Of a stretch of DNA of 64,000 nt, positions 49,407-62,460 are shown piece by piece. Below the pieces are notes generated by a model that ran no database searches, was not told the DNA's origin, and was given only the letters and a program-made list of their open reading frames with translations. The DNA is from Vitrella brassicaformis CCMP3155 (Eukaryota; Protista; Chromerida), in NCBI GenBank assembly GCA_001179505.1, contig CDMY01000494.1:1564-65563 (forward strand), read 5' to 3'. The position numbers and the translations under genes were made by a program. The stretch's first letter is position 1. Each line of letters opens with the position of its first letter.

Positions 49407-51658
49407 CTGTATGTGTATGCGCGGTCACCCGGCACAGCACGCCCTCGAGCTCCTCTCAGAAAGCCTCAGCTAGTCACGCGATGCGATTCGTGTCGATGAA
49501 TGAAAGGACCTCCAGCATCCACCGCTTAGATTTCGGGCGGCACGTAAACTTTTGTGAGGCCGGAAGTGAAGATGGGATTCAATTCAAGCAAACACGTTGG
49601 TTGGTCCTTACTCCCCAGCCCTTCGGCAGGCAGGTAGGCAACCGACCACGCCACACAGACCACATAGATAACACACACAAGGACACAGCCAGTGCCAGAC
49701 TGAGTCATCATATGCCACGGAGCTGAGCTGTCAGCCACACGAAAACCGGTGGAAGTCTTGCTGGTGTGCCACCGATGTCCATCCATCCATCCATCCATTC
49801 ATCCAGTCAGCAACGCAGGCAGGACGAAAGCGCCCGGTGAGTGAGTGAGTGACCGATACACAGACATGCAGACATAGACAGACAGACAGGCAGGCAGGCA
49901 GACACTGAATGCGATGACTGAATGATGCAGAGAGATAGGGAGGGAAAAAGAACCCGAGAAGGGGCCCAGCAGCCATGCCACGGAGAAATAGATAAAGACT
50001 TGATATACATAGTCATTCAGAAAGCGATTCGGCCACACCACACCATACACACAGATAGATTGCCCCGGTCCGTCATGAGAGCGAGAGCATGACACACACA
50101 CACACACACACACACACATATGTATCCCTTTCCCCGCCCGCCATATTGGTACCACACCCCCGTAATCGATACCTACCGTCAGTCAGTCAGCTGTTCTCCC
50201 CACCCCAGCGCATCACTCACTCACACCCACACTCACACTCACACGCATCCATCCATCCATCCATCAGCATGATGTAACATACATAGCACGGAGAGATACT
50301 TACCTATGCATTGCTATGATATCGATCACCGTCAGTCAGTCACAGTCACGCCGCCACTCATTGCCGGTCTGTCTGTAATGAATGGTAGGGAGGGAGGGTG
50401 CCGGTCAGCACCATCTTCCATCCATCCATCCATTTATCAAGCTGTACACACACACGCAACACATGACGAGTCGTCCTATTTTCCGCCGGACGGGGGGGGC
50501 AGCCACCGGCCACAAATATGACTAATCGCATCTCAGCCCCAGCCCCAGCCCCCTCGCTCGCTCGCTGCTGCTGCTGTCATCTTTGTGTTTGCTGCCTGCC
50601 TGTAAAAACAAACAGCCGTTCGTCATCGGCAGAAAAGGGCTGGGCTGGGCTGGGCTGCCTGTCTCCTCCTCCCCCATTTGGATAAAGAACCTTTAAGCCA
50701 TCCATGCATGAAGGCACTCGCTCACGCACTCGCTCTTGCTGTGTTCAGTAGACAGTTAGTGGTAAGAAGACAGTAATCGATATGTTTATGTGTGGCTTGA
50801 CAAACAACAAGGGAGCGAAAACAGTTGCCGCACGAAAAACGGCCTTCTTCCTTCGTTTGTTCGTTCGTTGGTTCGTTCTGGCAGGCAGGCAGACAGGGAG
50901 GCAGACAGGCAGGGAAGCAGAGGAAGTGCAGGCTGGCTCGCGCGCGCACACTCGTCACCATAAAGATCACATCACACCACACGCACCACATACATCCATT
51001 CATCCATCCCCCCATCCATCAACACGAGGCGAGTCATCATCAGTCGTGTCGTTCTCTCTCCGTCCGTCCGAGAAACTGACAAAAGCCCCCCATATGATGG
51101 TCCTTCCAGCCGTCCGTCCATTGAGCTGCATCCGCCACAGTGGTAGCCCACTACCGCCAACGCAGCACAGCGCAGAACTGTAGACCAGCCACGCTTTGCG
51201 ACGGAGGTCGGCGCTGCGCTACCACTTGTTGAGAGAATTAGCTCTCTGATGACGCTCCCCCCGTGGATGATGTGAGCGGCCAGACAGACATACACACACG
51301 CTTCCATCCATCCATCCATCCATTCGTTCGTTTCTTAGACAACGACACCACTCTGTCAGCCAAGCCACATGTGTATCAGCCAGCCACCGGATGAGTGAGT
51401 GAGAGGGGTTGTTTAATTACAAAAATCGGCACACTCGAGGCAGCCTGCCCAGCATCGACTATCTGGAGAGCAAGCTGTCTCGATTGGCCTGACGAAATAC
51501 GATAGATACGTACAGACATACACAGCGCACCACAACACACGTACACATAACAACACGCACACACAGGCAGGCAGCCAGCCAGACAGACAGACAGCCACAT
51601 CAACTACACCCAGATATGCACTCGTCTATATAGCCACTCCCCCTCCCCTCCATCTCCC

Positions 51659-54078
51659 TCACTCCATGCCGCCATCCATGCGCTCGTCCCCTGCTTCTGT
51701 CTGGAAGCTCACGCGGTGCTGCTCGAACGCCCCACGGTCGTCGTCGCCCTCACCGTAGCCGATGGCGGGCGCGCCGATGCGGTGGTCGATGGACGGAGGG
51801 GAGGTGGGGAGTGTGGGGACGATGGGGCCGATCATGGTGCCCACGTCGAGCGCCATGTGGTCGTCCTCCTCCTCGTCCCCCACATACTCTGACTTGATGT
51901 AGGGCAGCGGCCGGCCGTACGATGAGCCACCAGCCACCTTGGTGTGCATGTCCTCTCCTGCACACGTGTGCACACACGCACGGTAGAGGTAATGACGGAC
52001 AAAGATTTTCTTGCCATTCTCTGCCTTGTGTTTTTTTTCCCCTTTTCTCACCTGTGTATGGCTGCATCATCTCTTGCTCCGGTGCCAGCTGCTGCTGCTG
52101 CAGCTGCAGGGCGGCCTGGACGTGCTGCATCTGCAGGAACGGCGAGGTGGGCGGCGCGGAGAGCTCCTGCAGGGGTCCATCGGCAGGGGGCGGCAGCACC
52201 GACAGCTGCGGCACGTGCTCGTGGTGGTTGACGCCCATGACGGGCGGCGTGTCCGCACCGCCGTCGGACGCCATCTCGATGCGTCTCCTCACCATCCGGG
52301 GACTGCCCACGGGCGATCGTGAGCCGACGGGGCTCCCCGGGGGCGCCGACTTGGCGCGCGATATTGGGAAGATCGTCGGGTCGATGGGCAGGTGGCCCAT
52401 GAGGTCGCTGATGTTGCTGATCCGGGGGAAGGCCGGCCCGTTGTTGTTGTTGTTGTTGTTGTTGTTGCGGTGGAGGGGGGACGTGGAGGGCGACCCGGGC
52501 ACGCTTCTCACACCCTGCAGCAACGTGCCCGGGGGCTGCAGCGTGTTGCCGCGCGTCTGTTGGGGTGAGGGGATGGGTGTCGATGGCGACCATGGTTGCG
52601 CGACGGGCGTGCGGGTGTCGCTGGGCGCGCTGGGCGAGGGCGACGATGAGCCGCCGCTGGTCGACAGCTGGATGATGGGAGGGTGGTGGGGGAGGAGGGA
52701 GGCGGGGAGGCTGCTCTGGCAGTACTCCTCTGCCGTCTGGTAGGAGAACACCATGCCCTCGGGCGCCATGGCCTCGTAGTAGTGGCAGGTGTTCTGCGGG
52801 ATGCGCACTCGGATCCTCACTGAGCCGGGCGGCTTCTGCGGCACGACTGTACGGATGAAGGCGAAGCCCTGGTTGACCACGCTGTCGAAGTCGGGGTCGT
52901 CGTGGTTGCTGCTGAGCTGCTGCGGGTCGGCCTCGCGGAGCGTGAAGCGCCGGCCCTGTGCCAGGATGCCGTCACCGAAGTCGATGAGGAACTCGTGATC
53001 GTCGACAAACAGATGCCGCAGGAAGTGGGCACCAGCACGGTTGAACCTGACACACATGAGGCACCACATGAACGAACCAGCGATAAGCTGTGGGTGTCGC
53101 GACGTACCTGAGTTTGATGTATGAGTAGTTGAAGTTGCTGGATCTGTTGGCCACCATGGCGTTGGGGAAGAACATCTCGACGCGGAAGAAGGGGTCGATC
53201 GTCGGGTTGCCCTCCAGCAGCGTATCCACATACACACTGTCCTCGTACCGGGCAGCAGGGGGACACTGACCCCCTTCAGCAGCCCCGGCAGCAGCAGCGG
53301 CAGCAGCAGCAGCATAGTTGAGCAGCTCCTGTGTGGCCGACACGTGTGCCTTCTCATACAGACTGTGTGCCTCGGAGGTCACCATCCCGTCGATGACTTC
53401 AGTGGGGTCGAGGGATGCGTGGCGGCGCTTTGACCGGCCGGTGGAGCTCTGGGCTGAGGGGGAGGGAGGGGGTGGGGCGGGGGAGGGGGGCTCGGGCGAC
53501 CGCTCGTTCTCGGGAATGTTCAGTCTGCGAACCACCTCCAGCCAGCACCCCCAGGAGTTCTGGTAGTGATTTGTCGCGAACTTCTGCTTCAACACGTGCT
53601 TGCCGCACACGCGACACAGCGTCCGCTCGGCGCCACTGAACGGCCAAGGAGGGAGGGAGGGAGGGAGGGATACAACACAGACAGACAGACAGGCAGGCAG
53701 ATATTGGCTGGTGTGTGGTCGTGGAGCTGACTCAGTGTGGTCTCTCTCTTGTCAAGCGGGCCTTACTTGTACTCGAAGTCGAGCCGCACGTCGCCGACGA
53801 AGTCATTGCCCCGAGTCACCTTCCGCTCGCGAATCGTCGTCTGCGGAAACTCCCACACCTGATAGATAGATCAGATCAGGTGACAACCGACACACACACG
53901 TCACACCGGCTCCTTCCCTCCCTCCCTCCCTTCCTCCCTCCCCAATGCGTCTGTGTACCTTTTCGAAGGCCTCGTCGATGAGGACGTGGTCCGAAGCGAT
54001 GCGCTGGTTGAGTGGACGGCACTGCTTCATGAAGTATTCGGGGAGCGACCCCATCTCCTCCAACCGGTACGCACACAT
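51659..54078 (-). CDS. Putative nuclear protein with C2HC-like zinc finger, IPT/TIG-like domain and low-complexity tail
   Basis: Five phase-compatible exons. Motifs: LCRVCGKH..NHYQNSWGCW, basic RSKRRH, the Ig-like FRVEMFFPN..FLIDFGD..IRTVVPQKPPGSVRIRV..VFSY, and P/S/N/Q-rich tracts. The start codon is uncertain. Confidence 0.65.
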
Positions 54079-54355
54079 CGTGGAGAAGCTTCCTCGCCCA
54101 CCCGACGGACCCTCCGTCGCTCGGTGGGGTCACGTTGGCCTCGTGAACGGCTTCCGGTAACCACACAGATCTCCCGTGGTGCTCCAGCGGGATCTCGCAC
54201 AACGAGGGCGTCCTTTCGGCTATGCCTGTGTGCGGCTCATAGCGGTGAGGCGTTCCCTGCTCCTGCGCCAGGGATCCCGGATCAGCAACTGCGAGCTTGT
54301 CGGCAATTCCGATGCGAGCTTTGACGTTTTTCATATACCTTGTCTCTGGAATCGC

Positions 54356-55207
54356 ATGTCTTGTCCGGATGCCCCCTTGTATGATCACGAGGAGATCTTT
54401 TGTGGAGAAGCGTCCAGCATTGCTTGTGGCTCACTCATTGTTTTGTTGTGCCATGTTCAGGGGTGTATGGGAGAACAGTGAGGGCAGTCTGCTCCCGCCT
54501 GCCCAAGATCCTCAGAACTACAGGGCAAATGGGCGAGGTGGGCAGGGCAGGGCAGGGCAGCAGCAATGGTGTGGCGCGACCGACGATGGTTGCTTGTGTG
54601 TCTGTTGCTTATCAGGACTCTGTGGCTGCTGGACATTGGCTCTGGGCGGGCATCCAGGAGTAAGTGCGGTGCACACGCCCACACACTGAGACCGACGGCA
54701 TCTCTCTACTGTGTGTATGTCGGTATCTGTGTCCAGTTTTGGTTTGTGTGGCGACCGGCACACGGCATACATCTACATCAAGCCTGACGCGTCGAACACC
54801 GACACACACGTGTCATCGAGCGGCGGCGATGAGCAGAGGTATGTGACCAGATGGATGGATGGAGGACGCAGTCGTGACTAATGAACCACACCGGCCGATG
54901 TGTGTATGTGTGTCTCTCTGTGTTGCAGTGTTCTCTGATTGCGCTGACACGGATGGCGAGAGCAAGCATCGCTGAGCAGATAGCCCGATGCGAGAACATC
55001 CTCGAGGTGAGGAAGCATCACTCCTTCATTCATCCCTCCCTCCCTTTCTCCCCCATCCGATGTGTGGCTGTATCTGTACCTCAGTGCTGGTATTGCGGCC
55101 CTCGACCTCGCCGAGCGTATCGCGTTCCCTCCGCTGCCGCATCAGTGTCACACAAGAAGAAGCGGAAACACGAGGGCGGCTTCAAGCGGTCGATGGATGG
55201 GCAGTGA
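54356..55207 (+). CDS. Small spliced hypothetical protein (uncertain model)
   Basis: Several canonical introns link short coding-like exons (GVYGRTVRAVCSRLPK../DSVAAGHWLWAGIQ/DFGLCGDRHTAYIYIKPD). The ends are unresolved. Confidence 0.3.
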
Positions 55208-56154
55208 CAAACAGGCATCAAGCGGCGAAGGGTGTAGTGGGGGGCGCTTGGGATGGTGAGTCGTGTGCTTGGCGGGGCCTTTTGCAAGCAAGTGCGATAT
55301 GCATCATATGCACGTGGGTAAGTCTAGTAAGCAAGCAGGTGTGGGTGCTAAGTGGCGCCCGCGTGCGCCGTAGCTTGGCAAGGTGTAGCCGACGTATATC
55401 TATGTGTACGTTCGTGGATCCATAGACCTGTCATACTGTACTCAGTTAGGCAGTCAGGCAGGCAGGCGGGCAGGCAGGGAGACGTGTATTAATGGTGTTT
55501 TGCAGATGGATATGGCCATTAACTCTCTTGGCTGGGTGGGTGGATGGATGGATGGATGTTCCTGCTTGCTGATAATTCATTGGGGCCGGTAATCAAGAGG
55601 GGAGAAAGGTCCCTCGAGCCCGGCCGGCAATGAATAGCTTCATATATCCATTCTGGACTGTACCCATGTCCATGGACCCGAGTCGTGCGCGTCGTGTAGG
55701 GGTGTGGGCTCGTCTGCATGACCGTCTATGAGAGAGACAGATATGGATCGGTTCCCTTCACACGTTGGACAGGGTCGGTCACGTCAATCAATCACTTACA
55801 AGCTCCACCAGCAGCTGTCTCCTCCAACATTCAACACAAAATCAGTCGCACATGAGAGAGGAGCTACTCTGCATGCTCGGTTGAAAAAGACTCTCGGATA
55901 TAAAATGTAGGCACCGATCGATGGCCCCTGACCAACAAGCACACACACACACATAATCAATCACCACACACGACGCCATGTCTCTCTTTCCTCCGCCCTT
56001 GTCGCACTCTCCATCATACCTCGCTTTGTGGGCTGTCGCAGAGAAGCTTGTCTGAGACACAAGCTGAGCAGCATGAACACCAGGTATGACGAGATGCAGG
56101 GGCAGAGGCAGCCGGCCCAGCGGATGAAGGCGATAGCGATGGCCGGCCGGCAGC

Positions 56155-56830
56155 TCAGTACCGTCGGACATTAAAGGTACCGTCGTTGTTCTGTTGCAGC
56201 TGCAGGCTGGTCCCCTGGTAGGTGAGGCGGTGGCCAAAGGTCTTGTAGATGGCCAAGATCAGGGGCAAGTGATGTAAGGCTGTTGCTGTGGGCAGCGAGT
56301 CGGCCGATATCTGCAGGGGCCGCGTGGTCAGCCGATAGATGAATGCCAGCCGAAGGAACTGACCCATTGCCCGCCATTCCTCGCCAGTGCCTTGATCCAG
56401 GAGATAGACGAATCTGAAGCCGCCCTCCACATCGTCACCGCAGCACCGTCACCGTCCCCCTGTCGATGACGTCACTCTCCAGCTCGAACCGTGCCAGCAG
56501 ACACCAACCAACACAGGGTAGCAGACGGCGAGCGGCTGACCGTTCCTCGGCGGGCAGCCCCTGGAAGAATGCCGGCAGGGGGCGGACGCTGGCCGAGCTG
56601 CTGGATGTCAGGTTGTTGTTGGCCTTGTCGGGCAGGTTGACGGCGCTGCGCTGGGCGCAAGGAGACGGCAGCGTGTTGAAGGGCGTCCGTGGCATAGAAC
56701 CCTCAGCTTTGTCAGCCGAGGGCGGCTTGTCGTGGGTGACCGTCTTGTCGGGCGAAATGACGATATTCGGTGAGCCCTGGGAACCTGATCCAGTCAGCAC
56801 AGAGACATTTACGATATGAGACATAGTCAT
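56155..56830 (-). pseudogene. Degenerate member of a lineage-expanded hypothetical family
   Basis: Coding-like LARFELESDVIDRG is broken (stop/frameshift) before GGFRFVYLLDQG..FLRLAFIY..LPLILAIYKTFG. Confidence 0.5.
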
Positions 56831-56944
56831 GGGTGCAGGTTGAGGGCTGTGTTCACTAGCTCACCGGTATTCTTGGCGAGAGCCGTGGCGGTCGAGGCGA
56901 CGGAAGAGCAGGACATCGAGGGAGGTGAAGTGCACGAACTGCCG

Positions 56945-59365
56945 TCACTGCCGCTCATGGACTGGTTTGCCGAAGATCTGGTCGTTGACGCTGAGCTGAA
57001 GGCGACGCAAGCCTCTCAGACGCAGCAGCGATGTCGACGTCAGATTGCCCACACTGGCTGCGTCTACATCCTCCGGTACTGCATGCACGAACACATACAG
57101 ACATATACACACCCAACACGTCACCCAACCATCCCTTCCCTCACTCACCTGTGATGCTGATGATGAGCAACCCAACCGGCGGCAGATTGTCCGCTTTGTC
57201 ACCCCACGTGATGCCCTCAGCTCCCACATCCTCCACCCCCAGATTCGCGTACGTCAATTCGCTCTCGACGCTGGCCTCGAGCACACGTAGGGCCTGGCTG
57301 GCCGTCACGCCACGACATATCAAATCGGCGCACTTGAGTTTGCTGGCCAGCTGGCAGGCGATCCGGCAGCCGAGGCGGCTGGACAGCGTCAGCCTGCATT
57401 CAGCCCGAGGGAAGCAATCGGGCAGGGCTGAGATTCCTGGTCGGCCACGCCGCATCAAATATGTCTCTGAGGACGAGGATTGGGAGGCCCTCAAGAGAAG
57501 CCACACACCCACCACGCGTCAAGACGTTCTGAAAGCAAGCAAACAAGTGTGCAAGTAAAAAGGCACGCGACACGCTGACTGCATTTGGTTTACCTTGAGC
57601 GCAACAAATGCACTCCAAATGAGCCCTGGATCCCCCTCGAGCATCAGAGTGCCGATGCTCGCCAGCCGTGCAAAGGGTTGCCCGTCCTCAACGCCGTCGC
57701 CCGACCACTTCGCCGCAAAGGACGTGAAGAGCGCTGCCTTCTCCTGAGGAGCTGCAAGGCCTGGCAAGTGGGTCGGCGTGCGAGTAGAGTGGCGGAAGAA
57801 GTGCATCACGCCTGCCGAAGAACTCTCTGACAGGTATCCCGGCGCGAAAGTGAGGGATTCAAGGGATGGCATTCTCGACAGCTGCAGTAGCTTCTGCTTG
57901 GAGAATGCAAGTGTTTGGAGCCGTCCTTCAGTCCGCAGGTTTCTCGGCTCGACAGTGCCACCCGAGACCGTGAGCTCTCTGCTGTCCCTACGCTGAAGAG
58001 CCTGAAGAAACAGAGATCAAGAGCGAGCACATCTGCAGGTCATGTGCATTGTCTATGCGTACCAGTGGCGAGTCTCCGCCCTGTGCTCCGGAACAATCCT
58101 TGTCAAAGACACCAGCCAGATGGGAGACGTCCTGCATTAATGCCAAGGACACGCAATGATGGACAAGGTGAGTGAGTGGAGCTCGCCATGTCGCCATGGA
58201 TTCATCGTAAGCGTCTTTTGGTCTGTGTGTGTCTCTGCATACCTCTGTTTTGGTTTGAAGTCGCCAAATTGTCTGTCTGTCTGTCTCAGTCGGCAGGAGG
58301 GAACCCAGGTCCATCACCGTGGGTGAGAGGAGAGAGCTAATGTTCGGGGCTGACATATATGGTCGGCAGAGGGTGGAGTGGAAGTTCTCAAGAGAAGAGA
58401 TCAAACATTTCTGCTGGGAGGCTGATTGAGAGGTCCTCAAGAGATGTCGCACATCCACCACGCGTCAAGACATCCTGTAGAGAAAAAGAAGAAAGGGCAT
58501 TTTTTGATCACGGGTATATCATGCTCAAATGGGAGGGAGGCAAGAATCGATACGCTGACTACACTTTGCAACCTACCTTGAGCTCCACCATTGCATTCTC
58601 AGTTTCCAAAGGATCGCTCTTGAGATCCAGACTGCCGATACTTGCCAGCCGTGCAAATAGCCTTCCATTCTCGCCTCCATCGCCGCGCCAGTTTGCCGCA
58701 AACGACTTGAAGAGCGCTGCCTTCTCCTGAGGGGTATCCAAGCCAGGCAAGTGGGTCGGTCTGCGAGTAGAGTGCTGGAAGAAACGGATCACGTCCGCGG
58801 AACCAACAAAGCCTGACAGATCTTCCGGCACGAGAGTGAGGGTTTCGAGGGATGGCATCTCGAAGCAGTCAGCAAGACCGATGGCATCAGACGGCAGGTT
58901 GACGATGCTGGTGAGAGCGTGAATATGGGGGAGAGGGCCACGCTGGCCGCCCTCACATGGGAAGTACCCATTGATAGTGGTCAGGCTCCCGTCGGGAAGT
59001 AGAGCTGATGAAGCAGGGTCTCGGCCTGACTCCTCCGCATCACGCCGCTTCGTCTCGATCATCTCCCTGCGCCCCTCAACGTGTCCTTGCAACAGCGAGT
59101 TGAGATCGTCGAAGCGCCGCGACCGGCGGTCGCGACGAACGGTCAGTGTGGTCAGGTTCGTCAGGCGCCTGCCCCACTGCATGGCCTCCCGCTCTGATAT
59201 CTCAAGTTTGTCTCTGAGGAAGGCCTCCCCCGCGGAGGTGTCGATGACCACATGGCGGTAGTGCGGGGTCACAGCTGCGACAAGCTCCTCGGGAAGGGCG
59301 CGGACGCACCACATGGGAAGGTACGCCAGTACGCCACACAGATGGACGTCCTGCGTTAATCCCAA
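56945..59365 (-). pseudogene. F-box-like/LRR-like family gene with internal tandem duplication, disrupted
   Basis: The first exon (58575-59365) is open. The module MPSLE..PQEKAALF.SFAA.W.GDG..FARLASIG..LK / VLTRGGC..SLE.L.I occurs twice, and the downstream exons contain stops and frameshifts. Confidence 0.55.
57400..58860 (-). repeat. Direct duplication of a two-exon module (about 57400-57870 and 58390-58860)
   Basis: Visibly aligned segments, e.g. gagcgctgccttctcctgagg...ggcaagtgggtcgg..tgcgagtagagtg at about 57729 and 58711. Confidence 0.8.
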
Positions 59366-59533
59366 GGATCACACAAAAAAGTTGGAAGCTGGCCGTCTCG
59401 TCGAGAATTCTCTTATCGTGCGAGCTTGGAAGAAGAAGTTACTGAGGACTGGAAGGGGCTGATAGCGTAAGATATAGCGTCAGCGATGGCATTCCGTGTG
59501 ACTGCTGTGCGTTCGTGGCAGGTTTGACTCATA

Positions 59534-62460
59534 ATGGCACTGGTAGAGCGCGACCTGACGATTCGCTTTGCGGGTGACGGAGCGGCAGGTGCGCCACTCG
59601 TCATCAAGGAGAGCGTCGCGCGGCTGTTCAAGTACTTCGAGTCGGTGAGGAAGAAGGGTACGAGGGTGGGAGGCAGATCGCTGATGCATTCTGGTGGTCT
59701 GTATTCCTGCAGATGTTAGACGGCCCGTTCATAGAGGGCCAGGAGGGCGAGATCTGCTTAGATGGGCTGGTCAGCAGGCGCACCGCTGAAGTGGTGCTGC
59801 GCCCCGAGCCCGACATAGTCACGGCCATCACGAAGGACACCTTCATCGAGGCGCTCGTCGCCCTCGATTTCTTCCAGTTCGAGTGGGACAGCGACACACG
59901 TCGGGTCACTGGGCAGAGCCTGCTCACACGGATCCAGCGAAAGGTATGCGAGCAGAGCAAGGAGGTTGTGGCAAACCACACTGGGGCAAGGCACCTCTCT
60001 ACTCCTGAATGGGTGTATGTATCTTGCATGCCCTGCAGGCCCTGCTGTGCGGCCGGCTCGATGACGCAGACATCGCCAACGGGCTACTCGACAGCTTCGG
60101 TACACACGGCACGCAACAACATCCCCTGTTGTGAGAGGGCGTGAGAGATCGATGCAATGATACCCCCATCAATGCTACCCCCTGTGCTGTGCTACCCTGT
60201 TATGATGGGTGCGGTGCAGGCGACAACGCGTGTGTGGCCGAGCTCATCCTCGGGAGCGAGGATGTGCCGAGGTGTCTGGCGCCGTGGCTCATCAACAGAC
60301 CGTTGGTGATTCAGGAGCACTGGCAGCGGAGACTCGGTCACGAATGGCAGTGGCAGCGGTGCTCCCACGCGGCGATCTGGCTGCTTAGCGGTATTGCGAG
60401 GGCGATCTCCCATGGCCAGTTTGACGTGTCGAGGCAGCAGCTGGATGACTTTCTCACCGCTGCCACCGGATCGTCAACCATCGCAGAGGCGCATGGTCAG
60501 CCCAGAGCAAAATCGTGTGCACAAATGTATGTATGTCCTTCTTTGCATCTGTCCTTTTCCAGCCAGTGTGTGGGAAGAGCCGACCTTATCGTGGTCCCTG
60601 GATATCATCGACCTGTACCCCTTCGACGACAGCACAGACCACCCCCTCGTCACCGACCTGCCCTCCGTCATCCTCACGGCAGGCGGGTACGATGAGGAGG
60701 GGCACAACCCTGGCTTCGGCCTCGCCCTCGAGCCCTCCCGCCCACCCGAAGACACAATGGTGTCGGAGGTCAGGACCTGGTCGGTCAGCCTGACGAGCTG
60801 CCAGGAGCACGCGAGCCGAACGCGATTCGCCGACTGCTTCGGCGCGTCGTCGGTCGTGTTCGAGGTGGACGTGCCCGACAGCGGTGACCCGGCGAGAGTG
60901 GTGGTGCTGCACGATGCGGCCAACGCTGCTTGTGGGATCGACTCGGACCCCGCCAGCTCTGTCACAGGCTTCGGTGTCACATTGCTGCAGGCCAACAAGG
61001 GCATGGCCTTCACCGTCGACAACCTGACGCCCGAGGCACTCCAAGAGATGGGGGTGAGGGAGGTGACTCTCAAGGACGTGCGGATGAAGGTGTGGATCCC
61101 GCACTTCCCCATGCGGGCGCTGTCGCTGCACTGCCTGCGCAAGTGCGTCGAGGACAACCACTGGGAGGGCGTCGCACAGATGGCCAGGTACGCACGCACG
61201 TGGACAGAGAGAGAATCAATTGACGCGTCGCTTTTCCCTTTGTGTGTGCATGGTTCAGTGCCATCGATTCGGAGGTTGCCAAGTTGCTGCTGGTGCACCT
61301 GTCACACACGAAGCCCCGCCCATACGCCCTCATGGCCTCGTGGGCGAAGGGCATCCGCGGCGCACCGTCGGTCGACAAGTGGACATGGGACGAGCTGCAG
61401 CACGCCCTACCCAACCCGCCACGGATCGAGCACCACATTGCCGACATCCCCGCGCTGATCCCGTCGGTGCTGCCGATGCTGGACGACCACCAGCGGAAGG
61501 CCTTGTGGTCCGCAGTGTCAGCAGGGACAGGCCACCGGCCGCTGCACCTCGTCAAGGCCCTCATGGAATACATGACAGCCAAGGAGGTATGTAAGGGTCG
61601 ATGGGCGGCTGCACTCGCTTCTGTGTCGACAGAGTGTGTTCTTGTGTGTTCCATCCCGTGTGCAGGCAGAGTTGCGTTCGGTGCGTTTGGAGTCGCTCAG
61701 GCAGCAGCAGACGGCCACGGAGGCCGCACACTGGTCGGGCAAGCTAGAAGACATTGACGGGTACGCTGCAACGCCCTTACACACGCGCACACACAGGAGC
61801 TGACACGCCCACGAATTCACGCTCGTTGGTGGTGGGTGTTGGTGGGTGTCTCAGGCTGCATGACGAGCTGCACCAGGTCAAGGAGGCGAGAGAGGCCATC
61901 GACAAGGGCGGTCGATCGCCGACCCCACTGACGGCCGCCATCACCAACGACCTGCCCATCTCGCGTCAGCTACACAAACGGGCCAAGAGGAGAGCACTGC
62001 ATGGTCCATCTCATCTGCCGCGGTGCTGTTGTCCTCTTCCTTCCAGATGGGATGCGGCTCCTCAAGCAGCACCTGCATCAGATCGACGATGAGAAGAAAC
62101 AGGTCGGCCTTGACTGACAGGAATGTTGTAGGCATTGCAATGCACGTGACATGTCAATTGGCCCCACGAGTATCTGTGTCGTGTGGTGCAGATGGCTGTA
62201 GAGGTCGATAGGCTTCGGTGCGAAATCGACTCACTCAAGCAACAGCACCAGCACCAGGTGGGTATTGACGCACTGACACCAACACCTGCGGGCCTCACCC
62301 TGTGTGTCACCTCTGTGTGTGTGTGTGACGGCTGCAGGTATCGGGGCCGGCCAGCGGGTTGCCCAGCCACCTACCATCGCCGCGAGAGGACCACCTCGAC
62401 ACATCCTTCACATCGGCACCATCACCAGCACAGCATTGGGTGTGGCCTCCGCACGAGTAG
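59534..62460 (+). CDS. BTB/POZ-domain protein with C-terminal coiled coil
   Basis: Spliced LFKYFES/MLDGPFIEGQEGEICLDG is a typical BTB motif, followed by about 8 further exons. It lies head-to-head with the gene starting at 59365. Confidence 0.7.
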
